Notes: generated from the sequence alone by a model not told the origin. A stretch of 64,000 nt of DNA from Octopus vulgaris (GCA_951406725.2 OX597819.1:38998001-39062000); one strand, 5' to 3'; counted from the stretch's first letter, positions 38,420 to 52,698 are shown. Made by a program: numbers and translations.

Positions 38420-38825
38420 GGCGTAAGAGTGGCTGTGTGGTAAGTAGCTTGCTTACAAACCACATGGTTCTGGGTTCAGTCCCACTGCGTGGCACCTTGG
38501 GCAAGTGTCTTCTACTATAGCCTTGGGCCGACTAAAGCCTTGTGAGTGAATTTGGTAGACGGAAACTGAAAGAAGCCTGTCGTATATATTGATTTATATA
38601 TATGTGTGTGTGTGTGTGTGTCTGTGTTTTGTCCCCCAACATCACTTGACAACCGATGCTGGTGTATTTACGTCTCTGTAACTTAGCAGTTCGGCAAGAG
38701 ACCGATAGAATAAGTACTAGGCTTACAAAGAATAAGTCCTGGGGTCGATTTGCTCGACTAAAAAGGTGGTACTCCAGCATGGCCACAGTCAAAATGACTG
38801 AAACAAGTAAAAGAGAGTAAAAGAG
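38420..38825 (+). mobile_element. SINE family B
   Basis: Full-length match to the family. Confidence 0.9.
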
Positions 38826-39982
38826 ATATAAACAGCAAGCTTGAAGAATTATTAGAGCATTGGGAAAAAAGTCCCTTGCAAAATTTGTTTCATCTCTCTA
38901 TATTCTGGTTTCAAATACTGTCTGCATCAATTTTGCCTTTCATCCTTACTTGATAAAATAAAATACCAGTCATGTACTAGGGATCTGTAGTATTGACAAA
39001 CCTCTTCCCATTTCCCTCAAAACTGCTCAAATTGTGCCTAAATTGGAAACAATTATTTCTTCCTATATATGCATATTAGTTTCGTTGTTTCAATTATGAA
39101 GAAACGACAGTCATAAAACACCTGCTCCTCTAAGCACAAATATTTGAATAGGCTAAAACAGCAAGAAGAAGAATACACCAGCAAGAGAAACATAAAGCAA
39201 TAAACATCAAGTAGCAAAATATTTAGGGATGTCTTGTAATCACTCAAACAAAATGATAGAAGGATAAGATCCTGAATAAATCAATATTACGGTGGCAATG
39301 ATATCACAAGCAAAATAATTTTACATAACACTAGCGTTGTAGTAAGAACTAGCGTCTATTAGTCTGTCAATATTGGATGGAGGGGATGTATTCTGAGAAA
39401 GATCACATCTTTGATAGCTTTAATGATATATTTGTATATGTCATGTTATCTCTCTCTCTTTACCCCTCTCTCTCTCTCTATCTCTGTCGACTTCTGTTTC
39501 TCTCTTTCTCTTTCTCTCTCTCTCTCTCTCTGTACTCCAACCAAGAAATAATTACCTCATTGGTAGGCAGAATAATTATAAACATTGTTGGAATGATGCA
39601 TCTCCTAAGTTGCATTAATAATGATTACATCAATCATAAAAAGAAGAGGAAGAAAAAGGTGACTGAGAGAGAGACTATTGAGCATTTCATACTTTTGTAT
39701 CCACTTTACGGCATGGCATGGCTGAGCAATGAAGAAGTTCACTTCACAATCACAAGGTCCTGGGTTCAATCTACCATGAAGTATTTTGTGCACATCTTTT
39801 TTTCTTATTTTTTCTTCTTAGATTCCTGTCTACGTAACTCTTGTGAGTGACAGTGACATTAGATAGATGGAAGCTATATGGAAGCCTGCTGGATGGATTG
39901 TATCTGTAATTCAAATGTCCAGGCTTGCCACATTTTGCATCATTTTGTTTCAGCCTGAGAATTACATTAAAGGTATACATGA

Positions 39983-40190
39983 AGGCGGCGAGCTGGCAGA
40001 ATCGTTAGCACGCCGGGCAAAATGCGTAGCTGTATTTCATCTGCCGTTACGTTCTGAGTTCAAATTCCGCCGAGGTCGACTTTGCCTTTCATCCTTTCAG
40101 GGTTGATTAAATAAGTACCAGTTATGCACTGGGGTCAATATAATCGACTTAATCCGTTTGTCTGTCCTTGTTTGTCCACTCTGTGTATAG
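39983..40190 (+). mobile_element. SINE family A
   Basis: Matches family A, with TSD AGGTATACAT. Confidence 0.9.
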
Positions 40191-40438
40191 GTATACATTC
40201 TGGTTGGAATACTCAGCCAACTTACACAACAGTTCAATAAGTAGGTGGTTCAGTTGATTGAGCAACTGAATGCTCATCATCAAAGTTGAAAGAGGATCTA
40301 TCAATCATCCACCATATAATGGCTGGACACAATAGTTGAATTACTTCTGTGAGATTTGTATTCTTTAGGTCAGTATTCTCAGCCATTTCTGCAGAACAGT
40401 CTGGTTTCACAAAAGACAATTCTTCCATGGACTGGGGG

Positions 40439-40607
40439 CAGAACCGTCTTAAAGTAAGGGCTCACTGGGAAGTCTTCCTGGGGCTTTATTGGTCTAGGGG
40501 TCTAATTCTGATCTATGTAATTTGTGGTTTACTGTCAATAAAAAATGCTATAGAGCCCAGTGTATTGATTTGCCCTGGGGTTTGATAAAGTTGCTGAGAT
40601 GGGCCTG
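40439..40607. mobile_element. Decayed hAT-like MITE
   Basis: Imperfect TIRs CAGAACCGTCTTA and TGAGATGGGCCTG. Confidence 0.4.
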
Positions 40608-41348
40608 ACCCCAGTGGTGATCATGATTGGTAGCTTGTAACAAAATAATGGTTATGGTACGGGACAATGTTGAGCATAGATTCCAAGGCTTCAAAATACA
40701 GTTATCAGTTTATCATAGAGTATGAAATAAAGCAGATCAACTGTGTCATTTTGTCACTATTTCTCTTTTCTAGATAGACCATAATATACACCAATATTAT
40801 ACACTTGGAAGAGTCAATTCATTTTCACCTACAGTTTTTTCCACTTATACTTGGCCTTTGCTACTTTTCTCTTGTCAAGCAGCAATTAGTCATAGCTGAC
40901 TCGACACAAGTGACATCCAAATAAGGAATGAAAGCAAGTCTGAAATAAATTTTAATACAACAACAACTAAAAATCAATACGGAAAGATTATGCATATTGA
41001 TTCACCACTGGCTGGTGATAGATCTATCAAGCGGTTCTGATTTTTTACATTATATTGGAATATTACTGTCACTCTTAACAGATTTTAAGAGTAGCAAGGG
41101 TAACTGTGGTACATGTCTGTGGTGACAGGAAGAGGTGATGATGCATGTCTGTGGTGGTAAGAGGGTGCTGTAATGTATATGCTTGTGGTGGTAGGAGGTG
41201 GTTGTGATGGATGTCTGTGTACGTTTATCACGTGAGTATATGTGTGTGAGTGTGTGTGTGTATCTATATACATCTATCTACATACATACACATACATACA
41301 CACAGACATAGTACAAGTCAGGATAATATATTGTGAAACTATTTACTT

Positions 41349-41453
41349 AAGACATCTTTACATGTGTTTCAATGACAATTATGCAATGATTATGTAAAAT
41401 TAATCAGACATGCAGCTGGTTCAGTTTGCCCAAGTCACTTCATCAGTAGTCTT
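41349..41453 (-). ncRNA. Hammerhead ribozyme with long stem II, decayed
   Basis: CUA-CUGAUGA-AGUGAC...GUCAUU-GAAAC-ACAU-GUA-AAG. Confidence 0.6.
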
Positions 41454-42038
41454 ATGAATTAGTAAAGAATTTTGTTCAGTGAAAGGTATTTATCATGGTC
41501 TAGACATCAGAAAGAGAGGTGCGGAAAATAAATTTCAAATAGACAAGCATCTGGTTTGGCATGTAATAGAACATACTGAGTTGTAATTCAATAGTTATAT
41601 GCCAGGCACTTTAATAGGTATTTGATAAATATATATTATGTATGTGTGAGTCTGGTGGTGTTAACAAATGGGAGGAAATGTATTCAATATCATAGAAGAT
41701 ATAATAGCATTATCATCATCATCATCATCATCGTCGTTGTCGTTGTCATTAGCTGCATGCACTTCCTAACACTGAACACTTTACAGAGTGTGCTTGCAGA
41801 TTTTTATGTGCCCTCTAGCACAGGTGCATTTCCACAGCACCAGCACAAGTGCATTTTACATGACACCAGCATCTGTAAAGGAACTGTATGGCTGATTGCA
41901 ATTTTACTTAGCAAAATTATATTTCAGCTAATCCAGTCATCCATTTCCTTGGAGTTTCCCTGACATGCAACCAACTTCTCAGACAGGCCAAAAAAACTAC
42001 ATAACAAGGAAGAATCATTCACCCTGATGGTATATGGA

Positions 42039-42536
42039 AGGCGACGAGCTGGCAGAAACGTTAGCACGCCAAGCAAAATGTTTAGCGGTATTTCGTCTGT
42101 CGTTACGTTGTGAGTTTAAATTCTACCGAGGTTGACTTTGCCTTTCATCCTTTCGGGGTCGATAAATTAAGTACCAGTTATGCACTGGTGTCGATGTAAT
42201 CGACTTAATACCTATGTCTGTCCTTGTTTGTCCCCTCTATGTTTAGCACCTTGGGGGTAATAAAGAAATAGGTATATGGAAGGCGATGATGGTATATAAA
42301 GGCGGCAAGCTGGCAGAAACGTTAGCATACTGGGCAAAATGCGAAGCTTGTATTTCGTCTGCCATTACGTTCTGAGTTCAAATTCTGCCGAGGTCAACTT
42401 TGCCTTTCATCCTTTCGGGGTTGATAAATTAAGTACCAATTACGCACTGGGGTCAATGTAATCGACTTAATCCATTTGTCTGTCATTGTTTGTCCCCTCT
42501 GTGTTTAGCACCTTGTGGGTAGTAAAGAAATAGGTA
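42039..42536 (+). mobile_element. Two tandem SINE family A copies
   Basis: Copies at 42039-42274 and 42300-42536. Confidence 0.9.
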
Positions 42537-42944
42537 TTCACTCTTCACTTCAGCACACCCACAGTTCACAAGTATTTTTTTAGATTACAAGCAGGCTTTT
42601 GCAATGGGTAGTCATTTACAAAGAACAATAACATCATCATGAGTTATGCAATATCTAAGAAGTATCATCTGGTAATTCAATATGGTGTAATATACCACTG
42701 TTATGATATGTTAAATACACTAAAAAACAGTTCACAAATCTTAAATAAAACAAAGCCAAATTTGAAAATTAGCTTTGAACTTTACTGGTTTAGGCTATAA
42801 AAGTTCATCTGTTATAAACACTGTGGAAATCATACAATCATGTTTATGTTCATTTTTTTACATGAGAAACAGTATTAAACACAAATATGGTGTGCGTGTG
42901 TGTGTGTGTGTGTGCATGCGCACACATGCATGCGTGTGTGTATT

Positions 42945-43565
42945 TTTATCTTTTACTTGTTTTAGTCATTAGACTGCAGCCATGCTGGGGTTTGAAGAAT
43001 TTTAGTGAAACAAATTGTCCCCAGCATTTATTATTACATTTTAAAGCCCTGTACTGACACCATCGATCTCTTTTGTCAAACTGTCAAACTGTTAAGTTAT
43101 GGGGACATAAACACACCAACACTGGTTGTCAAATGGTGGTGAGGAACAAGCACAAAGATGCACATACATACATATGTATATACCATGATAGATCGTTAGC
43201 TCCTACACGCATTTTTTTCTCTCCTTGTTTCTCTCCTTGTTTCTTTTCTGTGTATCTTTCTGTCGAAGAGCGTAGGCTCGAAACGTAAAAGACTTGTTCT
43301 ATTACTATTCCAGAGGGCCATACTAATACATTTGTTTATTTGTACTCCACCTACCTTCTTCTTTTGTTTATTTTCATAAACCTTCCCGTTATATATATAT
43401 ATATATACATGCAAATATATATACATTTACCATGGGATTCTTTCAGTTTCTGTCAAGCAAATCCACGGCCTATGATTACAGTAGAAGACACTTGTCCGAG
43501 GTTCTATGCAGTGGTACTGAATCCAGAATCATGTGACCGTGAAACACGCAGCCACATCTGCACCT
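42945..43565 (-). mobile_element. SINE family B interrupted by an HHR cassette (about 43182-43390)
   Basis: The family B halves flank the cassette, which sits at the internal (TA)n. Confidence 0.75.
43255..43292 (+). ncRNA. Variant minimal HHR (CUGUCGA core)
   Basis: UCUUU-CUGUCGA-A-GAGC-GUAG-GCUC-GAA-ACGU-A-AAAGA with perfect stems. Confidence 0.7.
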
Positions 43566-43619
43566 ATATATAAATACAAACACACACACACACACACATA
43601 CACACAAACACACATATAT

Positions 43620-44040
43620 TCTTTTATTTTTTTTATTTGTTTCACCTATTTGACTGCAGCCATGCTAAAGCACCACCTTGAAGGAGTTTAGTCAAACAAA
43701 TCGACCCCCAGGACTTATTTTTTAAGCCTAGTACTTATTCTATTGGTTGCTTTTGCCAAACCACTAAGTTACGGGGATATAAACACACCAACACTGGTTA
43801 TGAAGCAGTGATGGGGGAACAAGCACAGACCTAAAGAAACACACACACACACACATATATATATACATATATATATATATACAAAGGGCTTTTTTCAGTT
43901 TCCATCTATCAAATCCATTCACAAGGCTTTGGTCAGCCTGAGGCTATAGTAGAAGACACTTGCCCAAATTGCCACACAGAGGGACTGGACCTGGAACCAT
44001 ATAGTTGGGAAGCAAGCTTCTTACAACACAGCTATGCCTA
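43620..44040 (-). mobile_element. SINE family B
   Basis: Reverse-complement match to the family. Confidence 0.85.
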
Positions 44041-44154
44041 TGCATATATATATATATATATACCTACTACCGACAAAAAAATCACCACATGGATTCTATT
44101 GAGACCAGTAAGAAACAATTATGAACTTTTCTATTACACTTAACTTTTTAAAAT

Positions 44155-44199
44155 ATTTTTGATAAGGTTCGTTTTTTCAAGAACCGAAACATGTAAAAT
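44155..44199 (+). ncRNA. Degenerate HHR
   Basis: AUUU-UUGAUAA-GGUUC..GAACC-GAA-ACAUGU-A-AAAU. Confidence 0.55.
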
Positions 44200-44321
44200 T
44201 TCTAAGAAAATTAAAATTTATCTAATATAGTGGCGTTTTCAAACTTCTTTTTTACAAATATATATATATATATATATCATCATCATCATCAACGTTTAGT
44301 GTCCGTTTTCCATGCTAGCAT

Positions 44322-44362
<41 letters not shown>

Positions 44363-44934
44363 CACACACACACATATTTGTTTGCATGTGTATGTGTGTG
44401 TAGAGAGAGGAAAAGAAAGAGAGACCATTGGACGAAATGCTTTGTGGTATCTGTTCTGGCTTATTATGCATTGGTGTTCAACTACGACAATACTAGCGCT
44501 ATTCCGTATGAGCTCTCAGACATCATAAGAGGCATGAAGATGGGTAACACCTGCTGCATGGACAACTACTTGTCAATCATTTAGAAAAAAAAAACCTTGT
44601 GAAGTATACACCTTAAAGAATCTTACCAGGTAGTTCACCAACAGTGGGTTGTTTGATAGGTTTATTGCCTGTTATTACTTATATATACTGTGGTTTCAAG
44701 TTGATGTCTAGCTATTTAGGCATGCCAGTCTTTAGGGCATTTTGTAAGTAGTATATATATATATATACATACATACATATATTCATCTGTTTGTGTGTAT
44801 ATTATATTAAATTAGAGATAAAACCACTATTAGGCAAGTCATACAATGAAAAACTTAAGCCAATACATAAGATTAATTAATTTATATTATTTTAAATATA
44901 TATCAAAATTATTAAAAAAAGATAATTAGTATAA

Positions 44935-44997
44935 CACTACGATCGTTTCATGGCTGTCCAATTTGTAAAAATTCGAGTTACAGTCATTCTTCAGGTG
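44935..44997 (-). ncRNA. Type I hammerhead ribozyme
   Basis: CAC-CUGAAGA-AUGACUGU...ACAGCCAU-GAA-ACGAUCGU-A-GUG: intact core and palindromic stem III. Confidence 0.85.
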
Positions 44998-45040
44998 ATT
45001 TAAATATTTAACTTAGCGAGGTTTAATCAATATGTATATA

Positions 45041-45465
45041 CAGGGTGTGGTGAATAAACTGTTGTCTAAATTACACAAAAATGAAAATAACACTGACAAC
45101 TCAGTTAAACAGATATATTTACCAAAATTACATAAAAATAACTTGAAACACTAAAGAGCAAATTTTCTCAATAAAATCGCCATTGGCTTCAACTACAGCC
45201 TCCAGACGACTTCAGAATCTCCTGTAACTCTTCTGGATGGTCTCCTTGTTTAAGTTGGTGAAAGCTGCCATAATCCTTGCCTTCAGTTCATCTTTGGTGT
45301 TACAAGGAGTTTTGTTGGTCTCTTGATCGACTGCGCCTCACACATGATAGTCAAGGGGGTTGCAGTCTGGGGAGTTAGGTGGCCAGATGTTAGGGGTGAT
45401 GTGGTCACAGAAATTATCCGACAGCCACGACTGGGTTCTCCTACTTGTGTGGCATGGTGCAGAGT
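45041..45465 (-). mobile_element. maT/DD37D-like Tc1-mariner 3' fragment with TIR
   Basis: Minus strand SAPCHTSRRTQ..IWPPNSPDCNPLDY, with a TA|CAGGGTG end. Confidence 0.8.
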
Positions 45466-46299
45466 ATGGAGCCATGGAGTCTGTGTTGCTCATTTGAAAC
45501 TGTCTTGTGGTGTGAATGAAAGTTTGAGAATGTATAGGTAGTATTTGTGGATAGATGTGGTGGTAGTGGGGGATGTATGATTAGAAAGAGGAGTTGCTCA
45601 AAATGAAAATAAGAAGAGAAAATGAGAGGAAGAAAGAGAGAAAAAGAGAAAAAAAAAGTGAAAAGAATGAAAACAAGTAAAGAAAGGGCAAAAGAAATGA
45701 GAAAAGAAGTGTTAGTTTGTAGTCAAGATAATGTGAGGGGAGGATGGGAGAGGAGTAGGGGAGGGACAGGAAGAGATGAGAAGTGGAGGATTGAATAAGT
45801 GTGAGATATGTGAGTAGGGATGATATGATAGAGCTGCATTTAGGGATGAGTAGAGAAAAGGTATGGGTGGGGTGATACCAAAGTAAGTAGTAGCTTTAGT
45901 AGTAAAATTTAAAGTGGAGGGAAGAATACAAGGATGTGAAATTTCTATAAATAGGCGTATGTGATTGTATAGGTATGTGATTGAATCAGAAAAAAAGAAA
46001 GTAGGATATATGTATGCATGCACACTCATACATATACATGGGTGCATATGTATACATACATATACACACAACCACACATATATACATATGCATATACATA
46101 CACATATATATATACATGCAATCCGTAAATGTATTCATATGCACATATGAATGCATATACATATACACATATATGCACATGCACACACATATGCGCAGGC
46201 ACACATGCACTTACACACAGTCACATACACACATGCATACAGGTATGTACGTATACATATATGCACATACACATACTCACTTATATTTGTATATATACT

Positions 46300-46875
46300 A
46301 TTTTGTCCAATACCAGTCATCAAGGAGAGATTAAACATCAATTTATGGTCCTGTACAAATGAAGTTATAACATGGTTCTATCTCTTAAACAACAAAAACT
46401 GTTATTCTTTCCTACAATTCGATATAATTTCTACTCTTCTATTTCTCCCAAACTTCTTAATCAAGCTCTCCATCAAGCTAAGAATTTAACTAACCTTAGC
46501 CCACTAGAAATTAACATAATCCTTAATGCCCGTAAAACCCTTATTTCTTTTGAGGACAAACTCTGGTGCTAGGCTAATCATCATAACAATACCAATAACC
46601 ATATCAATTTATTTGACATTACCATGGGATCATCCGACTCCGCCCAGGTCACCGACCTCATTGGACTATACATACTCCACCAGCTCCAAATAAATCATCT
46701 TTAGAACGAGCTAGATTTTTCTCTAGCCTAAACCTGTCTATTACTTTTGAAAATTCTCACAAAAGTACTAACTTTTTAGACGTAACTTTAAACTTAGAAA
46801 CCTCCCAATATCTCCCTTATCACAAATCTAACCAAATACCTTAAATACTTAAACATTCATTCCAATCACCACAAA
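46300..46875 (+). pseudogene. Penelope-like reverse transcriptase remnant
   Basis: NLWSCTNEVITWF..SFLQFDII/FYSSIS..FDITMGSSDSAQVTDLIGLYIL..NFLDVTLNL..YLNIHSNH, with frameshifts and a deletion. Confidence 0.85.
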
Positions 46876-47036
46876 TCCTCCCATTGCAATGACACACCAA
46901 CCATCAGAATCAAAACAGACGACACATACACTATGCTAGAACCCTAGGAGAACCCACATTAAAACACTCTAGACCCCGCACGCAGACATATAACACTAGG
47001 TCAACAGCTAATGCAGCTGGTATCTCATTTTGTCTA

Positions 47037-47072
<36 letters not shown>

Positions 47073-47075
<3 letters not shown>

Positions 47076-47322
47076 CGCAGGAGCAGCTATGTGGTAAGTA
47101 GATTGCTTACCAACCACATGGTTCTGGGTTCAGTCCTACTATGTGGCACCTTGGGCAAGTGTCTTCTACTATAGGCTCAGGTCGACCAAAGCCTTGTGAG
47201 TGGATTTCATAGATGGAAACTGAAAGAAGCCTGCTGTATATATGTATATAAGTATATGTATATATATATGTATATGTATACATGTATATGTATATACATG
47301 TATATGTATATATATGTATATG

Positions 47323-47353
<31 letters not shown>

Positions 47354-47552
47354 GTCTGTGTTTGTCCCACCCCAACATCGCTTGACAACCAATGCTGATG
47401 TGTTTATGTCCCCGTTAGTTAGTGGTTTGGCAAAAACAGACCGATAGAATAAGTACTAGGCTTACAAAGAATAAGTCCTAGTGTTGATTTCCTCAACTAA
47501 AAGCTGTGCTCCAGCATGGCTGCAGTCAAATGACTGAAACAAGTAAAAGAGT
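47073..47552 (+). mobile_element. SINE family B
   Basis: Full length, with an expanded internal microsatellite. Confidence 0.9.
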
Positions 47553-48069
47553 ATATATATATATATACACATATACATATACATACATACATACATACAT
47601 ACAGAGATACATGCATACATATATATATATATTTGTATACATACACACGCATGTGCATGCCTACATACACACAGAGTAAAAGAGAGAAAATAAGTGCAAG
47701 ATTGAGCAAGAGCTAAGGCAGAGAAGAGCTGTAAAAAAAAATCCCTATTTTATCCCATTACCAGTTTAGAGCTCAGGAGAGAGAGTGGGCCAACAGAGAG
47801 TTACTTGTTTTGACCATTAAGAGTCCTCAGAGATGAATAGTCAACAATCAGCCTGAGTGTCTGATACCCAACACCATATCAAATCAGCTATCTGCAGCTG
47901 CGCAGAGTCATGTTAATAAACAATTTAATTCAAGCAATTTTGCGATATACACTTTTGTTTGTTTTTCCTTTTCTACATAGCATTGTCCATGGAAGGTGAT
48001 ATAATGTCGGAAATTACTTTGTGTGCTCTGATACACATGAAGGACTTCATGGAACAATAATGGAAACTA

Positions 48070-48208
48070 TTAATAACAATAACAACAACAACAGCAGCAA
48101 TAATGATGAAGATGATGATGATAATGATGAATTGTGGGGAAAAAGTCGTGAAATTCCTAAAATAAATAACAATATGTAAAAATAATAATAATAATAATAA
48201 TAATAGTG

Positions 48209-48268
<60 letters not shown>

Positions 48269-48682
48269 AGTGTAGAAAAAAAAATGTTCCAAGCTGTAGC
48301 TTTGTTTTGACACGTATCAACGAAAATATTAAACATGATTTAATTGCCACTAAGCCTTTTATTATAATTTATGTTCAAGTGATATCATTGACCATTGTTA
48401 TTCTCACTATTAAATCAATATTACCACCGTCATCATCATCATCATCATCATCATCATCACATCACTACCACCACCGTTATCATCAACACTAAAATAATCA
48501 TCGAGCCAATCATAACAATTGTCATCATCATCATCCTCATCATCATTATCATCCTCATTCTCAGCATCATCCTCATCTGTATCACCATCAGCAACATCAA
48601 CAGCAGCAGCAACATTATCATCACTAATATTGCTATAATCATCAAACTTACCATAACGATCATCATCATAATCACCATCAGC
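48070..48682. repeat. Trinucleotide microsatellite cluster (AAT, TAG, ATC)
   Basis: Visible directly in the sequence. Confidence 0.9.
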
Positions 48683-49055
48683 AGTGGAGGCGCAATGGCC
48701 CAATGGTTAGGGCAGCGGACTCGCAGTCGGAGGATCACGATTTTGATTCCCAGACCGGGCATTGTGTGTGTTTATTGAGTGAAAACACCTAAAGTTTCAT
48801 GAGGCTCCGGCAGGGGGGGGGGGTGACCCCTGTTGTACTCTTTCGCTCCAACTTTCTCTCACTCTTTCTTCCTGTTTCTTGTCCTCGACTTCCTATGCAA
48901 CCGCTGAGCCTGGATGCGCATTCATCCATCTGTCGATGCTCTCGGTGTTGGAGGTTGACCTGCTTTCTCTTCTGTGGGTCTTACAAATAGCAAAGGACCA
49001 CGTTTTGGACTTCTCCCATCTTGCGAGCTCTGGGACGAAGACCGTTCGCTCAACA
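48683..49055 (+). mobile_element. tRNA-derived SINE with family E head and a different body
   Basis: GGAGGCGCAATGGCCCAATGGTTAGGGCAGCGGACTCG head and (AAC/AGC)n tail. Confidence 0.7.
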
Positions 49056-49393
49056 GCAACAGCAACAATCAGCAGCAATTAATATTTCCACATCTATCAT
49101 AACAATCACCATCACTCAGCAATTATGAGTCTGTTTTGGCCGGATGTCCTGCTTTTGTGGCCGGATGCCCTGCCTAACACCAGCCACTCTGCAGAGTAGA
49201 CTCAGTGCTTTTTACATGGCACTAGCACAGGCTCGAAATGTTAAAGATTTTTTTTCACTTCCCGAGTGTTAAACTAATACATCTGTTTGTTATCTGCACC
49301 ATCTGTCTTCGTCTTTTGTTTTTTTGTGAATTATCCCTATGTGTGTGTGTGTGTATGTATATATGTATATATATATGTGTGTGTATATGTGTA

Positions 49394-49454
<61 letters not shown>

Positions 49455-49989
49455 AAGCATACACACAATCGTTCATTTATATTATTTAATATATGTGTCT
49501 CCATACTAGCATAGCTTGAATGGAAGGTTATAAGACAGGATCTTTATAATGGCTTTTCCTGTTGCCAGCTTTTATCTGTTTATCAAGTGATGGATTTCTT
49601 TTATTCCAGAAGAATTTGGAAATGTAGATTTAGCCGACAATTTACTGAAAGGAAATGTTGATAAACATTATATCACACAGCTCAACTATAAACTGTGATA
49701 TCTCCATTTATAGCTGATCTGCAAATGATGATGTCATCAGTTATATTTTTGTTTCAGTGTAGGTTGTAAACATTCATACAAACACACATATGTCTGAACA
49801 TGTAACCAACACACACATATACACATATATTATAAACACAACAGGCTTCGTTTTAATTTCCATCTTGGTGCTCTAGTAGAAAACACTTGTCCAAGGTGCC
49901 ACACACTGGGACTGAATCCTAAGATGTAGTTGAGAAGCAAACTTCTTAACAACTAGCCAACTCTGTGTCTATACATATGTGCAATATTG

Positions 49990-50205
49990 ATACAGAATTT
50001 TGGCACAAGGCCAGCAATTTCGAGAGATAGTGGATTAGTCAATCACATCAGCCCTAGTATTCAACTGGTACTTATTTTATCAACCCCGAAAGGATGAAAG
50101 GCAAAGTCGAACTCAGCATAATTTGAATTCAGTAGGTAACGACAAACGAAATGCTGCTTAGCTTTTTACCTGGCATGCAAACGATTCTGCCAGCTTGCTA
50201 CCTTA
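49990..50205 (-). mobile_element. SINE family A variant
   Basis: CCCCGAAAGGATGAAAGGCAAAGTCG. Confidence 0.8.
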
Positions 50206-50532
50206 AGTACATATGTATAATATTAATAGCTAGATAACTAAATCTAGTGATGTAGAATTTCCATGTTTATTTTTTTCAGAATATTATATATCTTCTTAAC
50301 ATTGTTTTGTATGCATTTATGTATAAGAGGTATGATCTCAGTTCACTTTGAACCCTGCTGGGAGTTACCTTGATGACATTGTGTTGGCATAAATTTTCAG
50401 ATATATGAATTTGACTGGCATTTTGCACCTTTTTTTTCTATATCTAAATATGCTGGAACAATACAATCATCAGTAATGTAAAGTGTCATCATCAATTAAA
50501 GATGTGATTTTTTCCATTCTTGTTATTTTTGC

Positions 50533-50651
50533 AAGTCTAGTACTTATTCTATCAGTCTCTTTTGCCAAACCGCTACGTTACGGGGACGTAAGCACACCAG
50601 TATCGGTTGTCAAGCGATGTTGCAGGGACAAACACAGACACACAAACATAT

Positions 50652-50684
<33 letters not shown>

Positions 50685-50847
50685 CGAAAGGCTTCTTTCA
50701 GTTTCCATCTACCAAATCCACTCACAAGGCTTTGGTCAGCCCGAGGCTATAGTAGAAGACACTTGCCCAAGGTACCACAAAGTGGGACTGAACCCGGAAC
50801 CATGTGGTTTGCAAGCAAGCTACTTACCACACAGCCACTCCTACGCC
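50533..50847 (-). mobile_element. SINE family B
   Basis: Reverse-complement match to the family. Confidence 0.85.
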
Positions 50848-51044
50848 TACTTCTAAGTGATATTTGGATTTACTTGGCATACATGAGGAATTACCTTGGA
50901 TATTAATTCTTCTTGAATTAATTGGTATCTAATATAGTTAACCATGTTTGTGTAACAATGGGTGCTTTCTAGATGCCTATGTAGAGATTTATGAATCCCC
51001 TTTACCTTTTGTTTTATAAGCATTTGTCTGCAAGCGTGTGTGTA

Positions 51045-51094
<50 letters not shown>

Positions 51095-51165
51095 GGGGGG
51101 TACGTGTGTTTGCGTGTGTGTGTGTGTGTACACACATATATATATAGATGTATAAGTGTATATGC

Positions 51166-52080
51166 ACAGGGGTTGGACAAAATAATGGAAACACCTAGCA
51201 TCATAGCATCATAATTTTGAAATATCTATAAAACCATCAAAAGCTTGTTTATTTTTATGTTTTTTGATTAGTGTTGCTTAATATGTTTTGCTAAGATTGC
51301 TGTTTCTTTTCAGATATCACCAGAAAAAGGTAATTAAAATTCATTAAAATGACAGATCTATCAGACTTTCAAAGAAGTAAAATTGTTGGTGCTCGTATGG
51401 TAGGCACTAGCTTAATGAAAACAGCTGAAATGGTTGGTGTATCAAGAAGTACTGTCTCAAAAGTAATGACAGCAGTTCTATATTTAAGAGATGAAAAATC
51501 ATGTACATTATTTACATTATTTACATTTGACTGATATTTGTCCTCATCTTGTTTGTTGTTAACTCAATGTTTCGGCTGATATAACCTCCAGCCATCATCA
51601 AGTGTCTTGTGGAAATTTCGAACCTGGGTTCTCATTCCTAAGGTATTTTTCGATGTTATTATTATTATTATTATTATTATTAATCAGGTCACTGCCTGCT
51701 CAGAATCTTGGGGTTAGTAGCCCATGCTCTTAACCACTATGCCATATACCTGTGCTCAAAATTACTGCAGAGCTTAATGACCACATTGAAAACTCAGTTT
51801 CCACAAAAACTGCTCACCGGGAGCTGCACAAAGCTGATTTCATGGGAGGGGTGCAATCAGAAAACCAATACTTTCAAACACAAATGTTGTAAAGCGTTTA
51901 GAGTGGAGTAAAAACCTACAGAATTAGTCCCTAGAGCAGTGGAAGAATTTTATTTTCTTAGACGAGTTATCTTTTACCCTATTTCTGACCACCAGCAGAG
52001 TATACTTGTGGAGACAGCCAAAAGAAGCATTTGACCCAGGCTGCTTTCTTCCATCTGTTAAACATGAGGAGGATCTGTAT
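51166..52080 (+). mobile_element. Tc1-like transposon 5' part, interrupted
   Basis: TIR CAGGGGTTGGACAAAATAATGGAAAC, MTDLSDFQRSKIVGAR..GVSRSTVSKV, then IFLDELSFTLF..VYLWRQPKE after the insertion. Confidence 0.85.
51475..51755 (-). mobile_element. tRNA-headed, HHR-carrying element
   Basis: Minus strand TGGCATAGTGGTTAAGAGCATGGGCTACTAACCCC head, (AAT)n, and an HHR at 51561-51606. Confidence 0.75.
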
Positions 52081-52245
52081 TTATATGTGTGTATATATAT
52101 ATATATATATAATGGCCTCGAACACACAAGTGCAAACAAGGGAGACAGAGAAAGGCAGAATGCCACTTATATTTGAACACTATACAAATATTCCTTTAAA
52201 AAAACTTTTCTTTTAATTTTTCTAAATTTAATTATTTAATCGTTA

Positions 52246-52283
52246 CAGTTGAAAAGGTCTCAAAATGACCGAAACTGGTACTG
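52246..52283 (+). ncRNA. Degenerate HHR
   Basis: CAG-UUGAAAA-GGUC-UCAAAAU-GACC-GAAAC-UG-GUA-CUG. Confidence 0.55.
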
Positions 52284-52331
52284 AAATGTTCTTTATAAAA
52301 TTATTTTAGCATTTTCTATTTTGACTTGTTT

Positions 52332-52375
<44 letters not shown>

Positions 52376-52482
52376 GGCATGCATTCTCGCCCAATGACCC
52401 CATAAACTACCTAGCATCTGGTATGTGGAGCTTTCAACAAGTAACTCTTGCATCTGCAAGTTGTTTGTAAATAATATGTATG

Positions 52483-52536
<54 letters not shown>

Positions 52537-52698
52537 GTAAATCATATATATGTACATATAAGTCTCTGTGTATATTTATATGTATGTATACGTACGCACA
52601 CACACATACATATATTTCATTGTTAAATCAGTAATCCAGAGACATTATCTCTCTCTCTCTCCATTTCTTCTTCCTCCCTCCATTTTTCTCCACTCATC

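Noticed and set aside
40234-40428. 64-aa minus-strand ORF
   Set aside because: Short, no recognisable motif, and flanked by repeats.
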